NCBI GenBank assembly: GCA_020429745.1
Contig: JAGQKZ010000001.1
Location: 4,572 to 68,571 of the forward strand
DNA: 64,000 nucleotides
Direction of reading: 5' to 3'
DNA from: a candidate division WWE3 bacterium
Lineage (GTDB): Bacteria > Patescibacteriota > 4484-211 > GCA-002791395
A program made the translations under genes and the position numbers. Positions 48,199-59,107 of this stretch are shown here, piece by piece. Under the pieces are notes generated by a model that was not told where the DNA came from, ran no database searches, and was given only the letters and a program-made list of their open reading frames with translations. Every line of letters starts with the position of its first letter. The stretch's first letter is position 1.

Positions 48199-48316
48199 TA
48201 TACGATCGGATTGCAAAGGTGAACAAGGTCGAAAGGAACATACACGTCATGCACTTACAACCACCCAACCTCTAAACTTCGTTACCTTTCAACCTTCAGA
48301 CCTCTCAACCATCCGC

Positions 48317-48478
48317 CTACTTCATCTTCTGGTGCATCTTGTCGACATCCTCCTTCATACGATTGACATCGTCAGCGATGCGCTTTATGTATTCGTAGAT
48401 CTCCTTAAGATAGTGCACCGCCTCCATCTGCGGGTCCTGCTGATACTTGTCTTGTTCGCTTCCTAAAAAATCCGGCAT
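48317..48478 (-). CDS. Small hypothetical protein (53 aa, MPDFLGSEQDKYQQDPQMEAVHYLKEIYEYIKRIADDVNRMKEDVDKMHQKMK)
   Basis: Below ORF-track threshold; strong SD GGAGGTGATTATGA before ATG; helical charged peptide. Confidence 0.3.
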   Translation of the reverse strand: MPDFLGSEQDKYQQDPQMEAVHYLKEIYEYIKRIADDVNRMKEDVDKMHQKMK

Positions 48479-48607
48479 TCATAATCACCTCCTAAAACCC
48501 ATCACTCCAAGATTACCATCTTGGCGCTTTTGGTGTACAATTCACGCACCGATACATTTCGAAGGGCCCGTTAAGGGCCCGAACGCCCAAACGGAGGTAG
48601 CCCCCCA

Positions 48608-49024
48608 ATGTCTCACCCCCCTCAAATGACTCGCGATGAGTTCACAGCCCACATCCGCGAGTTGACGCGCCGAGCGCACAACGAAACAGGGTCCAATCTA
48701 GTACAGATACTAGCGGGACTCGCGTCGTGTTGTGCAGATCAACTGACGACCAAGACCGAGGTCTCCGTACCAGGAGGCATGCTCTTCTGGTACTACGAAT
48801 ACCGAAAACTGCTGAAACTAGTCCTGCGAGCAACCGATGGACAAGTGCACATCCACGTGCATTACTTCTGCGGTTACTTGTTTGTGATTCGAGGACTAAC
48901 AACCCTCGAGGAGCATACGCAAGCCGTCCAGGAGTTCCAGGAATGGGTCGTCGGAATCATTGGCGATCGTGCCGTGATTCACGTCGAAAAATTCGGCTCG
49001 GCTGCGCCGTACATGACCGACTGA
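48608..49024 (+). CDS. Hypothetical protein in second higher-GC island (138 aa)
   Basis: SD GGAGGT 9 nt upstream; followed by strong hairpin terminator; no known motifs. Confidence 0.5.
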   Translation: MSHPPQMTRDEFTAHIRELTRRAHNETGSNLVQILAGLASCCADQLTTKTEVSVPGGMLFWYYEYRKLLKLVLRATDGQVHIHVHYFCGYLFVIRGLTTLEEHTQAVQEFQEWVVGIIGDRAVIHVEKFGSAAPYMTD

Positions 49025-49050
49025 CGAGATAGGCCCCCCGCTGGAAACGG

Positions 49051-49078
49051 AAACGGTACCCTCACGGGTACCGTTTCT
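49051..49078. terminator. Hairpin terminator (11-bp stem aaacggtaccc/gggtaccgttt, loop tcac), between convergent genes
   Basis: Perfect inverted repeat followed by T-rich segment. Confidence 0.45.
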
Positions 49079-49098
49079 CCCCCTCTAAGGGAACTCGA

Positions 49099-49443
49099 TT
49101 AAGAAACCTCTTCCCAAGTCCCATCAAGCATTACGTAAAAAGCCTTAACCGTTCGTTCTGGATATGTTTCTTTTGCTATTCCTATCGCTTTAATCAAATC
49201 ATCACGAGTTGCCCCTGCACCGCAATCTTCGTGAACGGTAAGGACTAAAGTCTTTGCGTCATGCAATTTCGTCGTAAGCTCTAGATGACGCTCCAATTGT
49301 TCAAAGTTGCCAGCGCCTCCAGCCACACTCACGCGATCAAAGTCACCTAACTCAATCTCTAAACTCTCAATAAGGGAATCAAACGTTTTCTGGAAACGAA
49401 AATCCATGCAGTGAAAAACACAGTTACCACAAATATGTGCCAT
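49099..49443 (-). CDS. Small beta-carbonic-anhydrase-like zinc-binding protein (CxDxR and HxxCG motifs), last gene after atpC
   Basis: ICGNCVFHCMDFRF and HEDCGAG spaced about 59 aa apart as in beta-CA; only 114 aa so assignment tentative. Confidence 0.4.
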   Translation of the reverse strand: MAHICGNCVFHCMDFRFQKTFDSLIESLEIELGDFDRVSVAGGAGNFEQLERHLELTTKLHDAKTLVLTVHEDCGAGATRDDLIKAIGIAKETYPERTVKAFYVMLDGTWEEVS

Positions 49444-49461
49444 TAATAATCACCTCCTAAA

Positions 49462-49866
49462 TTAGCTAATCTTTTCTTTCAATCTCAACTTTGCAATCTC
49501 ACGTTGCAGTGAGGCTTCGACTTTAGCAAGATCAATATCGATCGGCTTTTCCTCGAGTAGTTTTTCAGCACGACGCTTGGCCTCCTCGACCTTTGCGGCG
49601 TCGATCTCTTCCGCTCTTTCGGCCATATTCGCTAGTAGCTCAACGTGATCCTTATCGATCTGAATAATTCCCCCATCGACAAATACAGGATGCTGCTTTT
49701 CGTTCTCGCGCGTGACGTAAACCTCGCCCATCCCCAGAGCAGACATTAGCGAAGCATGGCCGGGCAAAACAGTAATCTGACCATCAACGGTCGGTAGTGT
49801 TACCTTTGTAACATCATTCAGGTTTAAAATCTCACGTTCAACTGTGGTGATGGTAAGTGTTAGCAT
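49462..49866 (-). CDS. atpC: F1 ATP synthase epsilon subunit
   Basis: Beta-sandwich + helical hairpin pattern; position after atpD. Confidence 0.85.
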   Translation of the reverse strand: MLTLTITTVEREILNLNDVTKVTLPTVDGQITVLPGHASLMSALGMGEVYVTRENEKQHPVFVDGGIIQIDKDHVELLANMAERAEEIDAAKVEEAKRRAEKLLEEKPIDIDLAKVEASLQREIAKLRLKEKIS

Positions 49867-49947
49867 GATGTGGTTTTAAGGCTTTAAGGTTGAAAAGTTA
49901 AAAGTTAGAAGGTAGAAGCTCGATAAACTATACAACCTTTTCGCGTT

Positions 49948-51318
<1,371 letters not shown>

Positions 51319-51387
51319 TTAGTTTGAAAGTTTAAGGTTGTAAGGTTATAAGGCACTGGACCTTTTAACCTTGATCTTTCCAACCTT

Positions 51388-52284
51388 TTAACCCTTACCC
51401 ATCCTTCCTGCACTAATCTCGGCGAGTTCCCTGGTAATCTGGGCTTGCCTCGACTTATTATACTCAAGTGATAAATAGGACCTGACATCTTTTGCATTTG
51501 TTGTTGCATTTTTCATGGCCACCATTCGTGCGCTGTATTCAGAAGCAACGGTTTCTAGCCGAGCTTGATAAATCTGAGTCTCTAAATATCCCGGGATCAA
51601 TTCTGCAAATATACTTTCGATATTCGGCTCAAAGATAAAATCAGCAGCGCCGCCGCTATCTTCGACATTTAGTGAATCATCGTATTTAAGCACGGCATCA
51701 AGATCAAGCGGTAGCAAAACGCGTGTTACTGGAATCTGTGTCATTGCATTTACAAACTGCGGCAGCACAATTAATACCTCTCCGAATTCACGTGCCGTAT
51801 ACCCCTCCTCAACGAGTTTTAGCAAGGGACGAACGTCGGCGGTCGTTGGTTGCTCTGGCATGTCGGAAAAATCAGCGATGATGTTAACCCCTCTTCTTGC
51901 CAAAAGATCTCGCACCTTTTTACCGACGGTGATAACAGAAACGCTGCCATCCTTCTCAATCGATTCAATCAGTTTGAGAACATATCTAGTAAGATTGCCT
52001 GGGAGAGCGCCCGCAAGACCTCGCTCAGGAGAAAAAACGACAAGCATCGTTCCAGAAACGTTATCTGCGTATTCTGGTTCAATGAAGGCGTTCCCTTTAA
52101 CATTTTTATTTGCCGACAAGCGAACCATCATCTCTTTTATCTTGTGAGTGTAGCTTTTTCCACGCATGGCATTATCCTGCGCACGACGCATGCGTGAGGC
52201 CGCCACAAGTTGCATGGCATGCGTAACCTTAGATATGTTATCCACCGATTTTATCCTTCTTTTTATTTGACGTAGCTCTGACAT
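51388..52284 (-). CDS. atpG: F1 ATP synthase gamma subunit
   Basis: Characteristic N/C-terminal coiled-coil sequences. Confidence 0.9.
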   Translation of the reverse strand: MSELRQIKRRIKSVDNISKVTHAMQLVAASRMRRAQDNAMRGKSYTHKIKEMMVRLSANKNVKGNAFIEPEYADNVSGTMLVVFSPERGLAGALPGNLTRYVLKLIESIEKDGSVSVITVGKKVRDLLARRGVNIIADFSDMPEQPTTADVRPLLKLVEEGYTAREFGEVLIVLPQFVNAMTQIPVTRVLLPLDLDAVLKYDDSLNVEDSGGAADFIFEPNIESIFAELIPGYLETQIYQARLETVASEYSARMVAMKNATTNAKDVRSYLSLEYNKSRQAQITRELAEISAGRMGKG

Positions 52285-52374
52285 TGTTTTTATTTTTAGT
52301 GACTAGTTATCGGTAATGAGTGAAGAGGGTTTTTCCGCTTCGCTAATAACCCATTCCACGTGCCTTATTACTAG

Positions 52375-53862
52375 TTACTTATTACTCTCCCCCCCACCGA
52401 TCTCATATGTTTTGAAAAAATCATCCAACGCTTCCGCAGGATCGTCAACCTCAACCGTACGCATATACAAGGTGAACTTCTCCTTAAAGTCACTAATCTG
52501 AGAAAGTTGCATCTCATCAAGATAACCGTTATTGACGGCAAACAATAACGCGATCTGTGTGTTTACTGGCAGAGGTTGATACTGCGGCTGTTTTAGCACC
52601 TCGCGAATGCGTTGACCTCGCTCAATACGCTTTCTAGTACGCTCATCAAGATCTCCGCTCCCAAACTGTGCGAAAGCCTCCAGCTCTTTAAATTGAGCCA
52701 GATCAAGTCGCAGCTGCCCCGACACCTTTTTCATGGTCTTAATCTGGGCCGAACCTCCAACACGCGAAACAGAGTTTCCAGGATCAACGGCCGGACGAAT
52801 GCCCGCATTAAAGAGGTCGTTCTCTAGATAGATTTGCCCATCCGTGATTGAGATAATGTTCGTCGGGATGTAGGCACTCACATCGCTAAACTGCGTCTCA
52901 ACGATCGGCAACGAGGTAATCGAGCCACCACCGTTTTCTTCACTCAAGCGACACGACCTTTCCAATAAACGTGAATGTAGGTAAAAGATATCCCCAGGAT
53001 ACGCCTCGCGGCCTGGCGGCCTTTCCAAGATAAGTGAAATTTGGCGATACGACCAGGCATGCTTTGTTAAATCATCATAAATAATGAGAACGTCTTTTCC
53101 GTTTTCTAAGAAGTATTCCCCAATTGCTGTGGCCGAATATGGTGCCAAATACTGCATCGCCACCGAGTCCGCCGCGGGTGCACTAACAACGATCGTGTAT
53201 GAAAGCGCATCATACTCATTTAGCTTCTCAATCATTTGGGCCACACGTGATTCTTTCTGCCCGATAGAGACATAGATGCAGATCGGCTGATTTTCTTCGT
53301 CCTTTTGGTTAATAATAGTATCAATGGCAAGAGCCGTCTTTCCGGTTTGTCGGTCACCGATGATTAACTCGCGCTGACCACGACCGATCGGCACCATCGA
53401 ATCTATAGCAAGAATTCCTGTTTGCAATGGTGTATTAACCGGTTGGCGTTTCATAACGCCAGGGGCAATCCTTTCAACGGGCATCATCATCCCGTCCTTG
53501 ATACCTTCGCCCTTACCATCAATCGGCTCACCAAGTGCATTTATAACCCGACCTAAAAGCTCATTGCTGCCTCGCACAGCCATAATCTCACCGGTCGTTT
53601 CGAAAACATCTCCTTCACTAATCTTGGTATAGTCTCCCAATACGATAACTCCAACCTCATGTTTTGAAAGATTAAGCACCATACCCGAGACGTTTTTCTC
53701 TTTACAAACTACACGTTCTGCCATCTGCGCTTCGCTCAAGCCATCAAGCACAACGACTCCGTCTTTAACGCTGAGTACACGACCGACGTTTTGCACACCG
53801 CCCTCACTTGTAAATCCGCTGACTTTTTTTTCTAGTTCTTCTAGGATATTGTTGGTCTCCAT
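52375..53862 (-). CDS. atpA: F1 ATP synthase alpha subunit
   Basis: [10 protein letters not shown]-loop. Confidence 0.95.
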   Translation of the reverse strand: METNNILEELEKKVSGFTSEGGVQNVGRVLSVKDGVVVLDGLSEAQMAERVVCKEKNVSGMVLNLSKHEVGVIVLGDYTKISEGDVFETTGEIMAVRGSNELLGRVINALGEPIDGKGEGIKDGMMMPVERIAPGVMKRQPVNTPLQTGILAIDSMVPIGRGQRELIIGDRQTGKTALAIDTIINQKDEENQPICIYVSIGQKESRVAQMIEKLNEYDALSYTIVVSAPAADSVAMQYLAPYSATAIGEYFLENGKDVLIIYDDLTKHAWSYRQISLILERPPGREAYPGDIFYLHSRLLERSCRLSEENGGGSITSLPIVETQFSDVSAYIPTNIISITDGQIYLENDLFNAGIRPAVDPGNSVSRVGGSAQIKTMKKVSGQLRLDLAQFKELEAFAQFGSGDLDERTRKRIERGQRIREVLKQPQYQPLPVNTQIALLFAVNNGYLDEMQLSQISDFKEKFTLYMRTVEVDDPAEALDDFFKTYEIGGGESNK

Positions 53863-53864
53863 TA

Positions 53865-54188
53865 TTATAAGTAGTTACGTAGCTTATTAAATCGCCCCTT
53901 CACCGACTCGTCAAACATATAATCTCGAAACTGTACCTTTATTCCTCCTAAGACGGAGGTATCCAAAAAGAATTCGACCTCAGAGGCTTGTGCAAATCGT
54001 TTCTTTATCGCTTCGGTTAAACTTTGTTTTTGGCCTTCCGAAAGTTCGGTCGCGTGTGTTACGACTGCGGTTGTGTCTTTTCTTGCGGCTGTTAGTTTTT
54101 CACTAACATAATCAAGCCCTTTGCGATCGCCGGACTTTTCGATGTAGGTAAAAACCTGATCAATAAGATCGCGCACCTTAGCGTCCAT
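53865..54188 (-). CDS. atpH: ATP synthase delta (OSCP) subunit, unusually short (107 aa; C-terminal domain only)
   Basis: [21 protein letters not shown] matches OSCP C-terminus; operon position between b and alpha. Confidence 0.6.
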   Translation of the reverse strand: MDAKVRDLIDQVFTYIEKSGDRKGLDYVSEKLTAARKDTTAVVTHATELSEGQKQSLTEAIKKRFAQASEVEFFLDTSVLGGIKVQFRDYMFDESVKGRFNKLRNYL

Positions 54189-54675
54189 CGTTTACAAACC
54201 TCCGTATCGACTCGTCTGTAATCTCCTTCTTACTACCTTCGTCGATCGATTTACCGACCACCGTTTCAGCGGTATCAACGGCAATAGCCGCAACCTCGTT
54301 CCGTAGCTTTTCACGAAGTTCGCGCTCCTTTAAGGCTACACTCTCTTGACCTTGTTTAACAATCTGCGCCGCCTTTTCCTTGGCTTCACCTTCTACTTGT
54401 TGTGCCAGTCTTTCACCTTTTCCACGAGCCTGCGAGATAATCTCATCAGCTTCTGTTCGTGTTTGCTTCAGAACCTCTTCGCGTTCTTTGTCGATATTTT
54501 CAATCTTCTCGCTTAGCTCATTCTTTTCGTCAAGTATCGCCTGACTATCCTCTGCACGTTTGTTCAACATATTAAGAATCGGCTGATACATAAATCGCTT
54601 AAGTAGATATAAAAGAATCAAAAAGTTTGCGGCCTGAACAACTATTAATTTTACGTCTATTCCTAGTGCTTCCAT
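54178..54675 (-). CDS. atpF: Fo ATP synthase subunit b
   Basis: Single N-terminal TM then long charged helix; operon position. Confidence 0.75.
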   Translation of the reverse strand: MEALGIDVKLIVVQAANFLILLYLLKRFMYQPILNMLNKRAEDSQAILDEKNELSEKIENIDKEREEVLKQTRTEADEIISQARGKGERLAQQVEGEAKEKAAQIVKQGQESVALKERELREKLRNEVAAIAVDTAETVVGKSIDEGSKKEITDESIRRFVNDGR

Positions 54676-54772
54676 CGTTATAACCTACAAGGCTTCACAC
54701 CCTTGCATTTTTTACAAGACAACGAGCGGTTTTGAGTACCGCCTTCGCCTCGCAAAAAATGCAAGCGTAGTA
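54676..54772 (-). promoter_or_regulatory. Long structured spacer between atpE and atpF (12-bp stem cttgcatttttt/aaaaaatgcaag around GC-rich internal hairpin)
   Basis: Inverted repeat seen directly; candidate mRNA processing/partial terminator element. Confidence 0.35.
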
Positions 54773-55042
<270 letters not shown>

Positions 55043-55105
55043 TTATGGTTGCTTAGACCATAAACATTTTAATATACGTGCACAATACTAACACTACCCA
55101 GCGTC

Positions 55106-55837
55106 TTAATGATGCACTTCAACTGACGACGCGATAAATACCATTGTTAATACTGAGAACACAACTGCCTGAATGAAGCCCACGAAGATCTCTAGACCCA
55201 AGAATGGAAGTGGAATAATAATCGGAATTAGCGAGGTGATAACCGCCAACAAAACCTCACCAGCAAAGATGTTTCCAAACAATCGAAAAGCAAATGAGAT
55301 AACCTTGGCAAACTCTCCCACAAATTCTAAAATCCCTACAAAGGCGTCGATCGGCGACTTGATCGTGAAAAACTTCCCAAGATGTAGCTTGATGCCGACG
55401 TGTTTGATTCCGTAATACCAAACCGCCGCCATGGCAACAAGGGCTAAAGCAAGCGTCGTGTTTAAATCTGCTGTTGCAGCACGAAAGATCGGCACAAAAA
55501 CCTCTTCACCATGTTCGACCATATTAAATCCGACAGCACTAATCCCAGGAATAAGACCGAACCAGTTGGAGAAAAGAATGAAGATAAATAACGTCATGAT
55601 AAGCGGAAAAAACTCATCAGCGTGTTTTGGCGAGACACTTTTTGCTAAGGAATGTATTCCCCCGATCATCATCTCGAACAAGGTTTGAATCTTGCCAGGG
55701 ACGTAGGAAACGTTACGACCAATAAAGTATCCAGCGATAATTAGAAATGCAGAAACAATAAACGCGGTGAACAACGAGTTCGTGATTGTAATTCCAGCGA
55801 TTTCAGTAAGCTTTTCAGCGGCGATTGAGATATGCAT
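55106..55837 (-). CDS. atpB: Fo ATP synthase subunit a
   Basis: FRLFGNIFAGE with essential Arg. Confidence 0.9.
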   Translation of the reverse strand: MHISIAAEKLTEIAGITITNSLFTAFIVSAFLIIAGYFIGRNVSYVPGKIQTLFEMMIGGIHSLAKSVSPKHADEFFPLIMTLFIFILFSNWFGLIPGISAVGFNMVEHGEEVFVPIFRAATADLNTTLALALVAMAAVWYYGIKHVGIKLHLGKFFTIKSPIDAFVGILEFVGEFAKVISFAFRLFGNIFAGEVLLAVITSLIPIIIPLPFLGLEIFVGFIQAVVFSVLTMVFIASSVEVHH

Positions 55838-55898
55838 GTGATATGGTCCAAATCCGCCTTAATGATATCATTCCGGTCAACTAACGGGCTATATAATC

Positions 55899-56357
55899 TC
55901 ACAACTCAATAATCTCGACGTTGTTTTCGACCGTATCGTAAACACCAAAGCTCGCTTGAGCGGGTTTAGCATTAACGATTCCACAAATAGAACCAGGATT
56001 GACCAACAGAGTTCTTCCAACAACCTCGTTTCGGACCTTATGCGTATGGCCGTGGAAGACGGCGTCGTAATCCCCGCTTTGCGCCAACAGCTCAGCCAAT
56101 CTTGGATAATGACAAAAAGCGATCTTCTTGCCATCGAGCTCGACCTCCCCATACTCTTGTGATAGATGGAACCACGTTACGTTTTCGCCCGCCTGTTTTT
56201 GCAATCCGATATGATCCTCGTCGTTGTTGCCAAGGCAAGCATAGGTAGGAACGTTAATCTCCTTAAGATAACTACCGATAAACGGCGCACAGTAATCACC
56301 ACAAGCGATTACCGCCTCAACCGGATTTTGGGACGCCCAGTCTAAAACCTTCTGCAT
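55899..56357 (-). CDS. Calcineurin-like metallophosphoesterase (YfcE/MJ0936 family)
   Basis: GDYC, GNND, GHTH motifs. Confidence 0.8.
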   Translation of the reverse strand: MQKVLDWASQNPVEAVIACGDYCAPFIGSYLKEINVPTYACLGNNDEDHIGLQKQAGENVTWFHLSQEYGEVELDGKKIAFCHYPRLAELLAQSGDYDAVFHGHTHKVRNEVVGRTLLVNPGSICGIVNAKPAQASFGVYDTVENNVEIIEL

Positions 56358-56432
56358 ATTCCAGATGTTGTCATGGATATCGGAGATAACAAGGATTCTC
56401 AGGAGTTAATTATGCCATACGAGCAATTCCTT

Positions 56433-57209
56433 CTACAGCGCATCTATAAACTTAAGCCTCCGAAACTCCAAGACCCCCTCGCGATACATCTTTGTGTGAT
56501 CTGACCCGAAGTTCGATTCGTAACCGAGGTCGATCTTATCTTGGCTAAGCGTTTTGACTTTTGACTTAGAAACACCTGTTGGCAACAACGCTAGGGTCGA
56601 CTGCACAAGGTACAGCTCCTCACCTTCTTTAATAAACATCCCAACATGGTCGTACTTTGCGTTCTTATCTTTTGTAATAACCAAGTCCAACGCGGCGACG
56701 TCGTTTGGAGATATCACCTGCGACCCCTCACCGGCAAATACAAAAGTCCCCGCATAATCCCTGCCCACCTTTTCGGGATCAATCCAACTCAACGAATCAT
56801 TTAATTGATCGACCATATCTAACGATTCAGCCCCATATCGCAATAACTCATACACAAACCCGGAACAGTCGATGCCGATGCCATAGAACTTCATAAACTC
56901 GACAAGCCCTTCGCTTGTAACCGCTGCAAGATCCAAGCCATAAAAGTCCGCTAACTCTTTTGTTGTATTTATGATCTCTTCCGGCGTGCCTTTGCCACGA
57001 TACCAACCAAACGGAACCTCCTTGTTTTTATATGCGGCAGACATCTTTTGTATGCTTTCTTCCGCAACCCCATGGTCGCGCATCAGTTGCACAAACATCA
57101 TGCCGATGTAATTTGCAAAATAAGGTGCCGCTATTGTGTGCCGGCCAATACGAAGATTTAAGTATTCATTAACTCGAGCGCTAACCGCCTCTGCAAAATC
57201 AGTAATCAT
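56433..57209 (-). CDS. Cytoplasmic NlpC/P60-superfamily (papain-like Cys-His) protein with N-terminal extension
   Basis: GIDCSGFVYELL catalytic-Cys context and KYDHVGMFIKEGEELYLVQS His context; no signal peptide. Confidence 0.45.
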   Translation of the reverse strand: MITDFAEAVSARVNEYLNLRIGRHTIAAPYFANYIGMMFVQLMRDHGVAEESIQKMSAAYKNKEVPFGWYRGKGTPEEIINTTKELADFYGLDLAAVTSEGLVEFMKFYGIGIDCSGFVYELLRYGAESLDMVDQLNDSLSWIDPEKVGRDYAGTFVFAGEGSQVISPNDVAALDLVITKDKNAKYDHVGMFIKEGEELYLVQSTLALLPTGVSKSKVKTLSQDKIDLGYESNFGSDHTKMYREGVLEFRRLKFIDAL

Positions 57210-57210
57210 G

Positions 57211-58185
57211 TTATAAATTTTGTTTCACACCGATCATCTTGTAGTTTGTGGCAAACTCCGAAAAGTATTCTTTAAAATTTGTAATCTTGTCAGACAAACG
57301 AACCAGTTCGCCCTCAACCTCAACTAATGGATCAACAAAGCGTGGTTTATTGCTCGAGTAATAGTCGGACTCTGACTCTGATGCGTAACTAAATTCCTTA
57401 CCCGGCGATAATTTTTCAAGCAGCGTCCGGATCTCATCATCGTTTGTAGATTGCAGCTTTTGCATCACTGTTTCATCGTCGGTAAAGAAGTCGTCTTCAG
57501 AAATAACGCCTAACTCAAGTGCCCTTTTTAACGCTTTAGCGAACAGCAAGAACGCTCCGTGCGAAGTCGGATCAAGCCAAATCAGTCTTGAAAAGCTCAT
57601 AAACAAAATAGCAAAAGAACTCGCCAATCGCATGTCGGGAAAATATAGCCGCCCGTCTCGCTCTTTGACTCCACTAATAAACTCATCAACGAACAGCTGC
57701 GGCAAAAGCCCAAACATAAATCCGTCGCGCATAAAGTAGTCCCAACGATCAAACGAGATGTCAGGCAGATCGTTTTCGAGGAGTGGATACCGATGTTTTT
57801 CCAAAACCACATCAAGATCGACACCCTGGCGTTTTAGAATCTCGGGTACCTCCGACTCCTTGATAATCTTTTCCGTAAATCGCTCATGGTACTCGTGCCG
57901 CTCGTCTTCAACCACAAAATCAATCACATGCGAGAACGCCGTGTGCGGAACGTCGTGGATTAAGCAGGCAAGCTGCTCTTCTATCGGACGATTAAAAAGC
58001 TTGGAAAGATACCAAACTCCAACGCTGTGTTCAAAACGATTAACGTTGCGCTGTGGTTGAATCAGATGCGGCGGACCGTCCTGACTAATCTTCTTAAGCC
58101 GCTGCATCGGGGCAGACTCAATCACCTCAGCGATGACGGGTTCATCAACAATTATCGTTTTGTAAACTCGATCTTGAATCTCCAT
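57211..58185 (-). CDS. HD-domain dNTP triphosphohydrolase-like protein (SAMHD1/Dgt family), start at MEIQDRVYK
   Basis: EHSVGV...LIHDVPHTAFSH and DRWDYFMRDGFMFG motifs. Confidence 0.7.
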   Translation of the reverse strand: MEIQDRVYKTIIVDEPVIAEVIESAPMQRLKKISQDGPPHLIQPQRNVNRFEHSVGVWYLSKLFNRPIEEQLACLIHDVPHTAFSHVIDFVVEDERHEYHERFTEKIIKESEVPEILKRQGVDLDVVLEKHRYPLLENDLPDISFDRWDYFMRDGFMFGLLPQLFVDEFISGVKERDGRLYFPDMRLASSFAILFMSFSRLIWLDPTSHGAFLLFAKALKRALELGVISEDDFFTDDETVMQKLQSTNDDEIRTLLEKLSPGKEFSYASESESDYYSSNKPRFVDPLVEVEGELVRLSDKITNFKEYFSEFATNYKMIGVKQNL

Positions 58186-58189
58186 ATTT

Positions 58190-59107
58190 TTATTTCTTCG
58201 CAGCATTTTTTCTATCCGTGAAGTATTTTTCCACCTTATCCGAGATTTTATAAACAGCATAACTAAGATCAGTATCACTCACAAGTCGTTTATAGCCCGT
58301 GACCGGATATTCGAACTCTTTGGATTTATAGTATTCCCACAACATAACGATCACTTCAGATTCTTTTTCACCCAATGCAATGTACTCTTTAAATAAATTG
58401 AGCATCTTAGGGAGATCATGACCTAAATTCTTTAAATCGAACACATCGACACCCTCTTCTCTGAGAACCGCCTTTAACATCAGCTCAATTGATCTAAGCG
58501 CCAGAAAAAAATCTGCAGGATAATAATCTGCAGTTCCGTGAGCGTTGTTCTCTGTTAGCGTGTAAGCTTTGAAGAATACTTGCGAATACCGGAACATTCC
58601 CCAACTCGTTGTTCGCGTATTTTCTATACGTTTATTTAACAATGGCGAGAAGTGGCGATAATATCTTTTTTGTAGTTCCGGTATTTCCCAATCATGTCCA
58701 GTTACTTTTCCGCGGCACTTTTCTGAACCGCATACACATTTCCAATCAGAGACATAATCGGGATCGGCTTCCCACAACGCATAGTCAGCCGTTAACTCTT
58801 CACCTGCTGAAATATCGTGCCGAGCGGACAGTGTGTATGCACCATTCATCCACATGTTGCCATCGCAGGAATGATTGGTAAAGTAGCCATCTTCGACACC
58901 CCAATCTTCGTATGAAAATAAGTCGGTATCCCACTGCATCACCATTTTACCGTTATTGCGTTGTTCTTCCGCGCCTTTTGCATCAGTGTAATTACCTTTC
59001 CACTCAACAAGTTTTTCCCCTTTTCGAATATCCCGTATGGCATACATTCCTTTCCCATTGATTTTGCTTTCGCGAATTTCAACTTTAGAACTAAGCCAAT
59101 CTCCCAT
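58190..59107 (-). CDS. SET-domain protein (putative lysine methyltransferase) with ~150-aa C-terminal domain of unknown function
   Basis: GKGMYAIRDIRKGE, NHSCDGN, EELTADY and post-SET CVCGSEKCRG motifs. Confidence 0.75.
   Translation of the reverse strand: MGDWLSSKVEIRESKINGKGMYAIRDIRKGEKLVEWKGNYTDAKGAEEQRNNGKMVMQWDTDLFSYEDWGVEDGYFTNHSCDGNMWMNGAYTLSARHDISAGEELTADYALWEADPDYVSDWKCVCGSEKCRGKVTGHDWEIPELQKRYYRHFSPLLNKRIENTRTTSWGMFRYSQVFFKAYTLTENNAHGTADYYPADFFLALRSIELMLKAVLREEGVDVFDLKNLGHDLPKMLNLFKEYIALGEKESEVIVMLWEYYKSKEFEYPVTGYKRLVSDTDLSYAVYKISDKVEKYFTDRKNAAKK

Noticed and set aside
48480-49100. Considered that the GC-rich segment might be a structured RNA gene (tmRNA, RNase P RNA, SRP RNA) standing out in an AT-rich genome
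   Set aside because: No tmRNA 5' GGGG...ACCA ends, no RNase P GGAAAGUCCGG/ACAGAAACCCGGCUUA motifs. A clean 138-aa ORF with an SD explains the region.
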